Positions 30,083 to 38,903 of a stretch of DNA of 64,000 nucleotides are shown one piece after another. How positions within the stretch are numbered: position 1 is the first letter of the stretch; each line of letters starts with the position of its first letter. Source of the stretch: Coriobacteriia bacterium (lineage in GTDB: Bacteria; Actinomycetota; Coriobacteriia; WRKU01; JAENWW01). The stretch is taken from the NCBI GenBank assembly GCA_016649875.1, contig JAENWW010000002.1:84851-148850 (forward strand), given 5' to 3'. A program made the translations under genes and the position numbers. The notes beneath the pieces were generated by a model that did not search any database, had not been told where the DNA came from, and was given only the letters and a program-made list of their open reading frames with translations.

Positions 30083-30179
30083 GGAGCCGGATTCGTCCTG
30101 GTGGGCGACGCGGCCTTCAAAGCCGTCGTGAGGGGTGAAGAACTTCTCGGGTGTGTTCGATTCGCACACGGTTCCGCCA
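30083..30179 (+). tRNA. selC: tRNA-Sec (anticodon UCA)
   Basis: 97 nt, GGAGCCGGATTCGTCCTGGTGGGCGACGCGGCCTTCAAAGCCGT...TGTGTTCGATTCGCACACGGTTCCGCCA. 6-bp D-stem TCGTCC/GGGCGA with a 4-nt D-loop TGGT (the Sec hallmark). Anticodon loop CTTCAAA. Long variable arm. T-loop TTCGATT. G73 then CCA. Lies 44 nt after the selB stop. Confidence 0.8.
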
Positions 30180-30202
30180 CCATCTTTATGCACTACCCCT
30201 AG

Positions 30203-30676
30203 GTGTCATTATTCGGAGCAAACGTGAAGCGTAGATATGTGGTCGTTCTTGTGTGTATCGTGTTGATGGGCACAGGCACTGCGGTGCTGAGCGGATGTTC
30301 CGCGAAAAAAAGCACTGCGAATGCGGCGGACGCTTCACAGGTGGCTGAGGTCGGAGCGACCGTCAACGGAGAGATGAAAGCAGGCTATCCGGAAAGCCTC
30401 CCCCTTTGGAGCGGTGCGACGGTCGTCAGTTCGAAGCATACCGACAAAGGGCAGTTCAATGTATATGAACTCAATATGACGACCACGGCGAGCTACAGCA
30501 AAGTCGTGTACGGCTACGGAAAAGGACTGCAAAACGCCGGTTGGGATGCCAGAAGTCTCGGAGGAGACGGAACATCGACGGCAATCTCGGCGACTAAAGG
30601 CTCCCTCGAAGCCGCCATTACCATCTCAAAAGATAAGAGCGGACTGACATCGATAGTGATATCGGTTCAGATGTAA
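30203..30676 (+). CDS. Putative lipoprotein of unknown function
   Basis: Signal peptide with lipobox AVLSGCSA. Low-complexity Thr/Ser-containing mature region. The start (ATG 30203 or GTG 30224) is uncertain. Confidence 0.5.
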   Translation: MSLFGANVKRRYVVVLVCIVLMGTGTAVLSGCSAKKSTANAADASQVAEVGATVNGEMKAGYPESLPLWSGATVVSSKHTDKGQFNVYELNMTTTASYSKVVYGYGKGLQNAGWDARSLGGDGTSTAISATKGSLEAAITISKDKSGLTSIVISVQM

Positions 30677-30681
30677 CGAGA

Positions 30682-31413
30682 GTGATGTTTCAAGTCGAGC
30701 ACATAACAGTCGAGTTGGTCGGTGACGAGGGTACGTTTCTCGCCGTCGACGATGTCTCCCTTACGCTTGAAAGTTCACAAATAGTCGATATCGTCGGACC
30801 GAGTGGCGCCGGAAAGTCCACCTTTTTGCATGCCCTTGCTCTTCTCGTCCCCTATCGTAGCGGAGACCTTATCCTCGACGGGCGACGAGTCTCTTCATTT
30901 GCGCCGACTGAGTGGCGCAGCCTCGTCGCTCTCGTTCAGCAAAAGCCTACCTTGATCGAGGGGTCGGTACAAACGAATTTATTGCTCCCTTGGACGTTGA
31001 AAGTACGAAGAGAGCACAAGCAACCTTCCTTTGAAGAAATGCGAGAATTACTCGACCGAGCCGATTTGTGCGATATATCGCTCGAGCGATCGGTTTTTAA
31101 GCTATCCGTCGGTCAACAAGCGCGTATTGCATTCATCCGTACCTTGCTCACCTCTCCTAAAGTCCTTTTGCTCGATGAGGTCGACGCCGCTCTGGATGTC
31201 GACTCGACGCGGGCGATAGGCGGACTGGTCACTGCATTTTCTCGGCAAGGCGGAGCGGTGTTGCGGGTTCGACATAAAATCGATGATGGGCGCGCATCGT
31301 ATCGTTGTACGTTCGAAGACGGATGCGCCGGCGTTCTCGAGAGCGTGTCTTCGCCCGGGAATGTAGCGTATGCAGACGATATTTCTTGCAGTGAGACAGT
31401 ACCCCATGAATAG
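30682..31413 (+). CDS. ABC transporter ATP-binding protein (FetA/YbbL-like)
   Basis: Walker A GPSGAGKST, signature LSVGQQARIAF, Walker B LLLDEVDAALD. Confidence 0.75.
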   Translation: MMFQVEHITVELVGDEGTFLAVDDVSLTLESSQIVDIVGPSGAGKSTFLHALALLVPYRSGDLILDGRRVSSFAPTEWRSLVALVQQKPTLIEGSVQTNLLLPWTLKVRREHKQPSFEEMRELLDRADLCDISLERSVFKLSVGQQARIAFIRTLLTSPKVLLLDEVDAALDVDSTRAIGGLVTAFSRQGGAVLRVRHKIDDGRASYRCTFEDGCAGVLESVSSPGNVAYADDISCSETVPHE

Positions 31414-32215
31414 TTCGGGAATCATTCATATCGCTCCATGGCAACTCGGCCTTGCCTCGGTGTTCATCGTTGCTTCGATTGTGGTCATTTGGGTTATGAG
31501 ATTCGGGCTGGGCAAGCGACTGGCATGGGCGGCGGTCAGAAGCTATGTGCAAGTGCTCCTTCTCGGCTATGTGCTGTCATGGCTGTTTCATCTCGATAGC
31601 GGACTCATGGTCATCGCGGTGCTGCTCATTATGTCCGGTGTCGCAGCCGTCACCGTGTCGAGGCGCGTCGGCGAGGTGCCGGGCAAAATCATGCGCGCGA
31701 CGTTCGCGGTGCTTTTCGGCGTGTGCGTACTCATCACCTTCACCGTCACCGGTCTTATCGTGCAAGTGCATCCGTGGTATTTGCCGAGGTATGTTATCCC
31801 TGTGGCCGGCATGGTTCTCGGCAACTCGATGGCGAGTGTCGCCATTGCGCTCGAGCGGGTGTTTCGTGATCTCGATGCACGTAACGATGAGATTCGCGGG
31901 CTCGTGGCATTGGGGGCCACTCCGCGCGAGGCGGCCGATGCGTCGATTCGATCCTCTCTCATCGCCGGTTTGATTCCGAGCATAAACACTCTTGCAACTG
32001 CCGGGGTCGTGTTCATCCCGGGAATGATGTCGGGGCAGATTCTCGCGGGAACGGCGCCTGGCGTTGCCGCTCCGTACCAAATAATCATCCTTTTCATGGT
32101 CACCGCCGCATCGCTGTTCAGTTCGACGGCAGCGATATTGCTCGTATATAAGCATCGTTTCAATAAGCTCGGTGCCTATATCGATAAAGGTGTTCGGGAG
32201 CTTTCCGGAACTTAA
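31406..32215 (+). CDS. ABC transporter permease, YbbM/FetB (UPF0014) family
   Basis: About 270 aa and polytopic. Start ATG at 31406 (MNSSGIIHIAPWQLGL) overlapping the ATPase stop (ATGAATAG). Hydrophobic profile and length fit FetB-type permeases paired with the upstream ATPase. Confidence 0.65.
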   Translation: MNSSGIIHIAPWQLGLASVFIVASIVVIWVMRFGLGKRLAWAAVRSYVQVLLLGYVLSWLFHLDSGLMVIAVLLIMSGVAAVTVSRRVGEVPGKIMRATFAVLFGVCVLITFTVTGLIVQVHPWYLPRYVIPVAGMVLGNSMASVAIALERVFRDLDARNDEIRGLVALGATPREAADASIRSSLIAGLIPSINTLATAGVVFIPGMMSGQILAGTAPGVAAPYQIIILFMVTAASLFSSTAAILLVYKHRFNKLGAYIDKGVRELSGT

Positions 32216-32369
32216 GGTTCAAAAGGGTGCCGGGAGGCGGAACCGAACGCCTTATCGCCACTCGCTAAAGGGTGGCTGTCTGTTACCATTAGGAAGTATT
32301 TCTGCAGAGATTTAATCGTCGACATGCAGGTGGGTGCTGTGATGTCGAGGAACAAAAGGAGTAGGTCAG

Positions 32370-33371
32370 ATGGCGAGCTTCGAGCGCTTTTTAAAAACCA
32401 ATCACAAGCGGGTCGATCAGCATATCGCGACGTACTTCACCAATCGGCCCAATGCCGACATGAACCGCTATCTTTACGGTCCGCTGGCAGAATATAGTGC
32501 CAATTCAGGTAAGCGTCATCGCCCGCTCATCTGTCAGCTCGCATGCGAGGCCGTCGGCGGAAACCCCGTCAATGCTCAGCGTTCCGGTGCTGCAATCGAG
32601 CATTTCCATACCGCTGCTCTCATCCATGACGATATCGAAGACGACGCTCTCACGCGCAGAGGCGAACCGTGTTTGCACATAAAAGAGGGCGAAGCGCTCG
32701 CGATAAATGCGGGGGACTTGGCCCTTTCGTTGGTCACAGGCTCGGTCCTTTCCGATGAGCGGCTCGATAATGAGACGAAACTGCGGGTGCTTCAAGAACT
32801 CATAGATATGACGACTCGTACCATCGAGGGACAAGCTCTCGATATCGGGTGGGGTCGTGACAACCGTTTCGACTTGTCGGTCGAAGATTATCTGCTCATG
32901 GCACGTCATAAGACGGCGAGCTACTCGGGCGCCATACCTTTGGCGGTGGGTGCGATAATCGGTGGTGCGGATGAGGAAACCATCGAGTCTTTGCGAACTT
33001 TCGGGATGGCTGCCGGTCTCGCATTCCAAATCCAAGATGATTTGATCAATCTGATCGGTTCCGATAAGAGCAAAGATTTTCGCCTCGACATCACCGAGGG
33101 GAAGCGAACGCTTATAGCGATTCATGCGCTTGAGCACTCCGAACGAAGTGATCGCCTGTTGACGATTCTCGAGACGCGCACCAAAGATACCGTTCTTCAG
33201 GCCGAAGCAGTCGAAATCATGCGTGATGCCGGTTCGCTCGCATATGCAGACGATTACGCCCATAAGCTTGTCACCGATGCAAAAGCAGAGCTTGAAATCG
33301 CGCTGCCGGAATCAAAGGCAAAGGGCATCTTGTTTTCGATGGCCGATTATTTCATCGAACGAAAAAAATAG
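32370..33371 (+). CDS. Polyprenyl synthetase family protein (geranylgeranyl/farnesyl diphosphate synthase-like)
   Basis: First aspartate-rich motif LIHDDIEDD and second motif FQIQDDLINL. Confidence 0.8.
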   Translation: MASFERFLKTNHKRVDQHIATYFTNRPNADMNRYLYGPLAEYSANSGKRHRPLICQLACEAVGGNPVNAQRSGAAIEHFHTAALIHDDIEDDALTRRGEPCLHIKEGEALAINAGDLALSLVTGSVLSDERLDNETKLRVLQELIDMTTRTIEGQALDIGWGRDNRFDLSVEDYLLMARHKTASYSGAIPLAVGAIIGGADEETIESLRTFGMAAGLAFQIQDDLINLIGSDKSKDFRLDITEGKRTLIAIHALEHSERSDRLLTILETRTKDTVLQAEAVEIMRDAGSLAYADDYAHKLVTDAKAELEIALPESKAKGILFSMADYFIERKK

Positions 33372-33378
33372 AAGTGGC

Positions 33379-34266
33379 TTATTCTTTCGGAAAGTGTTTC
33401 ACAAGCTCTTCCACTGCTTGAGGAATCGTCAAAGGCACTGAAAAAGGTGTCTTTGTTCGCCGTGAAAGCTCGGTGAACATTTCCGCCAATATAGGGGGAT
33501 GGATATGGGATTCCCGCAGTATATCCACGTGTTCGAAAATCTCGTCGGGGGTACCTGCAAGTACGATTTCCCCGCCTGACGCGAGTACATAACAATAGTC
33601 GGCTATTTCTCCGATCGAGTCGATGTCATGAGTCGACATAACCATACTGACGCCTTGATTCTTGAGTTTGCACAAAACATCGACGACGGTTTTTCGCACA
33701 ACTGAGTCGAGACCTTCGAAAGGCTCGTCGAGTATCAGCAGCTCAGGTCCGATTGCGAGTGCCCCGGCCAGTGCCACCCGACGCTTTTCACCTCCGGACA
33801 AACTTTGGGGCGTTCGGTGCAACAGCGCTTCGACCCCCAATAATTTCGCAACGCGTTGCACGGCCGGATCGATCGTGTCTTGAGGTCGATGATATTGGCG
33901 AAGCGAAAAAGCGATGTCATCGTAGACGGTCGGCATAATGAGCTGTTGGTCGACATTTTGTAAAACGACACCGATTCGCTCACGAATTTCGGGCCACTGT
34001 CTCGTCGGATCGAGACCGAATACTCGAACCGTTCCTTCTTGCGGTCGCAAGAGCCCGAGAAGGTGTTCGAGTAAGGTCGACTTTCCGGCTCCGTTGGGTC
34101 CGAGCAACACCGTCCGTTCACCTTTGTGCGCGCAAAAGTCCAGGCCACACATTTCAACCGATGCTCCGTCTTCATAAAAATGTTTTATGCAACTGACGTA
34201 GGCGACGTCGTTTGGGTGCGGACCGCCTCGAAGTGCGTGCGCATGTTTTTGTGGGGAACTTTCCAT
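33379..34266 (-). CDS. cbiO: Energy-coupling factor (ECF) transporter ATPase, CbiO-type
   Basis: GPNGAGKSTLLEHL, LSGGEKRRVALAGALA, LILDEPFEGLD. Start ATG at 34266 (MESSPQ) with an AAGGAAG RBS. The track ORF extends to 34314. Confidence 0.8.
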   Translation of the reverse strand: MESSPQKHAHALRGGPHPNDVAYVSCIKHFYEDGASVEMCGLDFCAHKGERTVLLGPNGAGKSTLLEHLLGLLRPQEGTVRVFGLDPTRQWPEIRERIGVVLQNVDQQLIMPTVYDDIAFSLRQYHRPQDTIDPAVQRVAKLLGVEALLHRTPQSLSGGEKRRVALAGALAIGPELLILDEPFEGLDSVVRKTVVDVLCKLKNQGVSMVMSTHDIDSIGEIADYCYVLASGGEIVLAGTPDEIFEHVDILRESHIHPPILAEMFTELSRRTKTPFSVPLTIPQAVEELVKHFPKE

Positions 34267-34270
34267 GGAT

Positions 34271-34948
34271 TTATTCTTCCTTTCGATTACCGGACGCTGC
34301 GGTCGACCTCGCATCGGATGGTGGGGTTTCTCCCAGCACTATGTGACCGTCATATCCGCGCATGTACAAAATATCGTAGTCGGCTTCGGCGAGCGAGACC
34401 GAAAAGAGCATCAGATTTCCGAGAGCGGATGCCAAAGTCTGCAAAGCTTCGAGGGGGTGCCTCCAGCCGAGCACACCGCGCAGTCGGATTGCGCGCATGA
34501 GATTGCTGAGCTCATCGCCTAAGATGAAGAGAGTGCGATAGGTCAACAGCAATGCATCGTTCGCCAAACGGGGAAGAATGTGTCGCGTCATCGAGAAGAT
34601 GACCGGATAGGGTGTGGTCAGGGTGAGCAGAATGCAAGCACATGCCGCGGTCGTGCCTTTGAGCATGATTGAAATCGAAGCAGAAGATCCGAGCTCTGTG
34701 GTCAGTGCGAGCAAAACTGTGAAGATGAGCGGGTAGGCGGAAAGTGTCAATACGAGCTTGAGAGGGAGTTTTGCCGTCACGGCGATGAGTATGAGAGCGA
34801 GAAATATGCAGCCCAAAGCCACGGGGTTCCATAACAGTACAACCGCCGTGATCACACAGACGAGTCCTAGCGCTTTCAGCGGCGGGGCAAGTCTATGCAA
34901 AAAGCTGTCTTTTGAGGTCGCCCAGTAATCAATCGTTGTGATTTTCAT
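34271..34948 (-). CDS. cbiQ: ECF transporter transmembrane (T) component CbiQ
   Basis: 225-aa polytopic membrane protein starting MKITTIDYWATSKDSFLHRL (the CbiQ family start pattern). Strong RBS AAGAGGGAGG. Confidence 0.75.
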   Translation of the reverse strand: MKITTIDYWATSKDSFLHRLAPPLKALGLVCVITAVVLLWNPVALGCIFLALILIAVTAKLPLKLVLTLSAYPLIFTVLLALTTELGSSASISIMLKGTTAACACILLTLTTPYPVIFSMTRHILPRLANDALLLTYRTLFILGDELSNLMRAIRLRGVLGWRHPLEALQTLASALGNLMLFSVSLAEADYDILYMRGYDGHIVLGETPPSDARSTAASGNRKEE

Positions 34949-35618
34949 GTCGGCCTCCCTCTTTGGTCATGATTCCGGTGAGCAAGTTGGGTCGGACGGA
35001 CGCGATATAGCGCAGAATGAATCCGGTCAATGTCGCCTCGATGAGCCAGCCTATCGGACCGAGCACGTAAACTGTTCTGGCAAATACTTTCAACGAGACC
35101 ACTCCGCCCGCATGACTCGGGATACTCCCGGATATCGTCGAAACGACGCCGAGCATCAGAGTGGTTGAAATTGCGAGGGTGATCACGGTGACGATTCCGC
35201 CGATGAGCCCGATGTGTTTCGTGCCGAACAGTTTGACGAATGCACGAAAAAGAAGCGAACCGATGGTCATTTCCAGTGCGCCGAGCACGAGATTGATGCC
35301 GGCGACGGTTATGCCTCCATGCCCCACGAAAGCCAACACGATTTCGATGATGAGAGCGGCAATCGGAGACAGGAGCGGGCCGATGAGTGTGCCCGCCAAT
35401 ACGCTTAAGTTGACATGATAGGCCAGTGGGACGATTTCCAAGCTCATGGCGACGAGCATGAACGCCGATACCACGGCGAGCAGCGGAAGTTTTCTCAATA
35501 TGTCCGGTTTCGATGATGCGATTCTGTTCGCGATGAAAATCCACGCGAGCGCGATAATCCATCCCGTTACCCAGACCCAAACCGGCAGTATGCCGTCCGG
35601 CAAATGTATGTGTGACAT
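34929..35618 (-). CDS. cbiM: ECF transporter substrate-specific component CbiM (Co/Ni uptake)
   Basis: MSHIHLPDGILP N-terminus, a hallmark of CbiM/NikM (the N-terminal His is metal-coordinating). 7 predicted TMs. Overlaps cbiQ by 20 nt. Confidence 0.75.
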   Translation of the reverse strand: MSHIHLPDGILPVWVWVTGWIIALAWIFIANRIASSKPDILRKLPLLAVVSAFMLVAMSLEIVPLAYHVNLSVLAGTLIGPLLSPIAALIIEIVLAFVGHGGITVAGINLVLGALEMTIGSLLFRAFVKLFGTKHIGLIGGIVTVITLAISTTLMLGVVSTISGSIPSHAGGVVSLKVFARTVYVLGPIGWLIEATLTGFILRYIASVRPNLLTGIMTKEGGRHENHND

Positions 35619-35801
35619 TCATGCTCCGTAGCGAAGATAGGTACCGAGAATATAGTTCAGTATAAAGCTTTCGCGTAACAATCCGATAGTTTCGAACCTC
35701 TGTAAGTATAACAAGGCCAAACACGATCATTAGATTACACTTATACTATTGAATACTATTGAAATAACTTATCGTCGGTTTTCTCACTGAAAGTTTTTCT
35801 T

Positions 35802-36692
35802 ATGAATATACAACAGCTTAAAACATTCATAACCGTCGTCGATGCGGGATCGTTTTCCGCGGCCGCCCGCGTGCTCGGTGTTTCCCAACCGGCGGTGACG
35901 ATGCAAGTGCAAAATCTCGAATCGGATATCAACCAGTCACTTCTCGACAGACGTTATCGACGAATCGAGTTGACGGAAGCCGGGAGAGTCCTCGTTCCTT
36001 ACGCACGGGAAATGTTGTCGGAATCGCAAGCTGCGCGTGCAGAGATCAATGCGCTTTCCGGTGAGGTTTCGGGCCCTCTGCACATCGCTTTGAGCACAAC
36101 GCCCGGTGATTATATAATTCCGAACCTCCTCGGCGAGTTTTTGCGTGAGTATCCCGATGTCACCGTACGGCTGACGGTGACGAATACCAATGAAGTGGTC
36201 GAGCACATCGAGGATAGAGATGCCGATATCGGCATGGTCGGAGCACTGTCGAAAAGCAGCTCGGTGAAATTCAAACAGATGGGATCGGACGAGTTGATTC
36301 TCATCACCGGTCCGGATACGCCGTTGGCAAAGCAGGACGGCGAAGTGGGTCTCAAAGAGTTGTCTTCATACCCCTGGGTCGCTCGAAGTGCCGATTCGGG
36401 GACCCAGCAAGTGGTGAAAGCTCTGTTCGTCAAAAAATCAATCGACTACGGAGCATTGCATTTCCTCGTCGAACTCGGAACGGGCGAGGCGGTCGTCAAT
36501 GCTGTCGAAGGTGGACTCGGGATTGCCATCGTCAGCCGTTATGTAGCCGCAAACGCACTTGCATTGCGAACGATCGTCGAGATCGAGTGCGAGGAGCTCC
36601 CTTTGCCGCGACCCTTTTATTTAGTGACGCCGAAGAGAACACTCGCCCGTGCGGCAAGCGCGTTCGTAGACTTTTTGGCGACAAAGTTATAA
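35802..36692 (+). CDS. LysR family transcriptional regulator
   Basis: N-terminal HTH MNIQQLKTFITVVDAGSFSAAARVLGVSQPAVTMQVQNLE and a LysR substrate-binding domain. Divergent from cbiM. Confidence 0.85.
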   Translation: MNIQQLKTFITVVDAGSFSAAARVLGVSQPAVTMQVQNLESDINQSLLDRRYRRIELTEAGRVLVPYAREMLSESQAARAEINALSGEVSGPLHIALSTTPGDYIIPNLLGEFLREYPDVTVRLTVTNTNEVVEHIEDRDADIGMVGALSKSSSVKFKQMGSDELILITGPDTPLAKQDGEVGLKELSSYPWVARSADSGTQQVVKALFVKKSIDYGALHFLVELGTGEAVVNAVEGGLGIAIVSRYVAANALALRTIVEIECEELPLPRPFYLVTPKRTLARAASAFVDFLATKL

Positions 36693-36763
36693 CGTTTTCA
36701 TCATATGATCCAACTTGAGACTCGAGCATGATACACTGACGCCTGCAAAAGGAGATTTTGTGT

Positions 36764-37741
36764 ATGAATGTAATTAAACACGGCTCACGCGGGTCGGCGG
36801 TTGAAGACATACAACGTAGGCTGATATACGTGGGATATTCGCTCGATACAACAGGCGTCGACGGTGTTTTCTTAAATGACACCGAGAAGACGCTCATGAA
36901 ATTTCAGCTTGCAATGGGTCTCGAAGCGACGGGCGAAGTCGATTCGTGCACATGGTCGATGCTCGTCGATTCGACATTTGCATTCGGGGATCGCATGTTG
37001 TATCTGCGCTATCCTTTGTTTCACGGACGGGATGTCGAAATTCTTCAAGTCGCGCTTAACAGTCTCGGCTTTACGTGCGGAGATGTCGACGGCATATTCG
37101 GAACCTATACCGAACGGGCGGTCATAGAGTTGCAATCCAACATGGGCCTTCCCGCCGACGGCGTCGTGGGGCGTGAGACATTTTCCACGCTCAACAGCCT
37201 TAAGCATATGTGGGAAGGCAAGAAGGTCGTATCCCATTCATCGGCGCAGGCGACATCGACTCATCGAAATAAAGTTTTAGCGCATCTGGCGCTCGTCATC
37301 ACGGCACAGGACCCGATGTCGTATCAAGTCGCTCGACGGATTAAAAACCTCGCGCAAGCGTCCTATGAGGATGCGAGTGTCACGACGATATGGGGAGAGT
37401 CGGTATCCTCAATCGGACCTGCGAAAGAGACGTACGAAAACCACGTCGCTTTCACCTTATATGAAGAGGACTCATCGCAGCCGACGACGGCCATTTCTTC
37501 GGTTGTACAGACCGGTTCTTCGGTCAAACTCGATTTGCAACTGGTGGAACTCGGGGAGCGAGAAGATGCCCTTATGGCATCGATTACCCCTCTAGTTGAA
37601 AAAGACCCATGTGGAAGTTTTGTGATTAAAATTCCTGCGAATACACTCGGTCATGGCTCTAAGCAGGGCTTTCAAAATATCGCCGTCTTGATACTGGACG
37701 CGGTGTGTGGCGCGTACGGTGATATTGACCGTGCAATTTGA
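36764..37741 (+). CDS. Peptidoglycan-binding domain protein (two PG_binding_1 repeats) with C-terminal domain of unknown function
   Basis: Two repeats of the ...GSRGSAVEDIQRRL...DGVFLNDTEKTLMKFQLAMGL... pattern, typical of putative peptidoglycan-binding domains. ATG at 36764 with an AAAAGGAG RBS 9 nt upstream. Confidence 0.6.
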   Translation: MNVIKHGSRGSAVEDIQRRLIYVGYSLDTTGVDGVFLNDTEKTLMKFQLAMGLEATGEVDSCTWSMLVDSTFAFGDRMLYLRYPLFHGRDVEILQVALNSLGFTCGDVDGIFGTYTERAVIELQSNMGLPADGVVGRETFSTLNSLKHMWEGKKVVSHSSAQATSTHRNKVLAHLALVITAQDPMSYQVARRIKNLAQASYEDASVTTIWGESVSSIGPAKETYENHVAFTLYEEDSSQPTTAISSVVQTGSSVKLDLQLVELGEREDALMASITPLVEKDPCGSFVIKIPANTLGHGSKQGFQNIAVLILDAVCGAYGDIDRAI

Positions 37742-37813
37742 TACAATGTAAAAGCCGGCTCGGTTCTTGGGGCTACGGTGGAAATTAACCTATGTCAGGA
37801 GCTTATTCTGAAT

Positions 37814-38860
37814 ATGAAAAAGGTCATATCATTTATCGGAGCGTGTGCCATCGGTGTCCTGGCGTTCGGTGCCATGGGAACGAGTCTTTCCGGGGCGATT
37901 CCGGCCACCAAACTCCAAGAGGTCAAAGTCATCAAGGCACAAGTGGATGCGCTTGATACGAGGGTTGAAATTGCTTCCGAAAATTATAACGCAGCATCGG
38001 TTAATTACAATAAAGCCGTCGCGAAGCGTGTAACGGCCCAGGCCAAGCTCACCAAAACCAAAAAACGTCTCGATGTCGTCCAAGTCCATCTCGACGACCG
38101 GGCAAAATCCATGTACCGCCAAGGATCGGCGGGATTTGTCGAGGTGCTGTTCGGTGCCGAGAGTTTCGATGATTTCGCTTCCGTTTGGGGTATCTTGAAC
38201 AACATGAACGAGGATGACGCCAAGTCGGCACAGGAGCTCAAGCAACTCAAAGCGGAAATGGTCTCTTTGACCGATCAGCTCAAGGCGGAGGAAAAAACTG
38301 CTGCGGCCGCTCAGGCGACCATGAAAAATAATAAAGACAGCATCGAGGCACAACTCGCTGAGCGTACGTCGATGCTCAAAGGTGTCCAAGCCGAGGTCGA
38401 CGCGCTGGATCAAGCTGAAGCGGCGGCGGCGCTAAGCGCTGCTGCGGCCTCAGAAAGTTCCGGCGGCGGTTCTTCGGGTGGGGGCAGAACGTTCCCGTCT
38501 CCCACGAGAGCACCGAGAAGCCAAGTCGTCGCCATCGCAAAACGCTACCTGGGAGCTCCTTATAAATGGGGGGAGGACGGTTCGAATTCATTCGATTGCT
38601 CAGGATTGACGAGTTTCGTGTATCGTCAAGTGGGAGTGTCGTTGCCGCATAGCTCACGTGCGCAAATCAACGCACGTGGCACTCAGCGAGTGAGCCGTGC
38701 CGATCTTGCACCGGGTGACCTCGTGTTCTTCCACAGCCCGATCAGCCATGTGGGAATTTACATCGGTGGGGGACGCATGATTGAAGCACCGCATCACGGT
38801 GCCCGTGTGAGAATCGCATCGATAAGCGGTCGTGGTTACGTCGGAGCCTGTCGTCCATAA
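37814..38860 (+). CDS. NlpC/P60 family peptidoglycan endopeptidase with N-terminal signal peptide and long coiled-coil (RipA/PcsB-like)
   Basis: Signal MKKVISFIGACAIGVLAFGAMG. About 200 aa of coiled coil. C-terminal NlpC/P60 catalytic motifs DCSGLTSFVY (Cys) and HVGIYIGGGRMIEAPHHG (His). Confidence 0.75.
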   Translation: MKKVISFIGACAIGVLAFGAMGTSLSGAIPATKLQEVKVIKAQVDALDTRVEIASENYNAASVNYNKAVAKRVTAQAKLTKTKKRLDVVQVHLDDRAKSMYRQGSAGFVEVLFGAESFDDFASVWGILNNMNEDDAKSAQELKQLKAEMVSLTDQLKAEEKTAAAAQATMKNNKDSIEAQLAERTSMLKGVQAEVDALDQAEAAAALSAAAASESSGGGSSGGGRTFPSPTRAPRSQVVAIAKRYLGAPYKWGEDGSNSFDCSGLTSFVYRQVGVSLPHSSRAQINARGTQRVSRADLAPGDLVFFHSPISHVGIYIGGGRMIEAPHHGARVRIASISGRGYVGACRP

Positions 38861-38903
38861 TTGTTGAACTAGCTGTAGGGGTTAAGCCGCGGAAAGGGAG
38901 AAC

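Noticed and set aside
29963-30202. Small plus- and minus-strand ORFs overlapping the selB end / selC
   Set aside because: The region is occupied by the tRNA-Sec gene.
35619-35801. Cobalamin riboswitch upstream of cbiM
   Set aside because: No B12-box-like conserved core is recognisable on the minus strand; the region is AT-rich promoter-like sequence. Not definitive without an Rfam scan.
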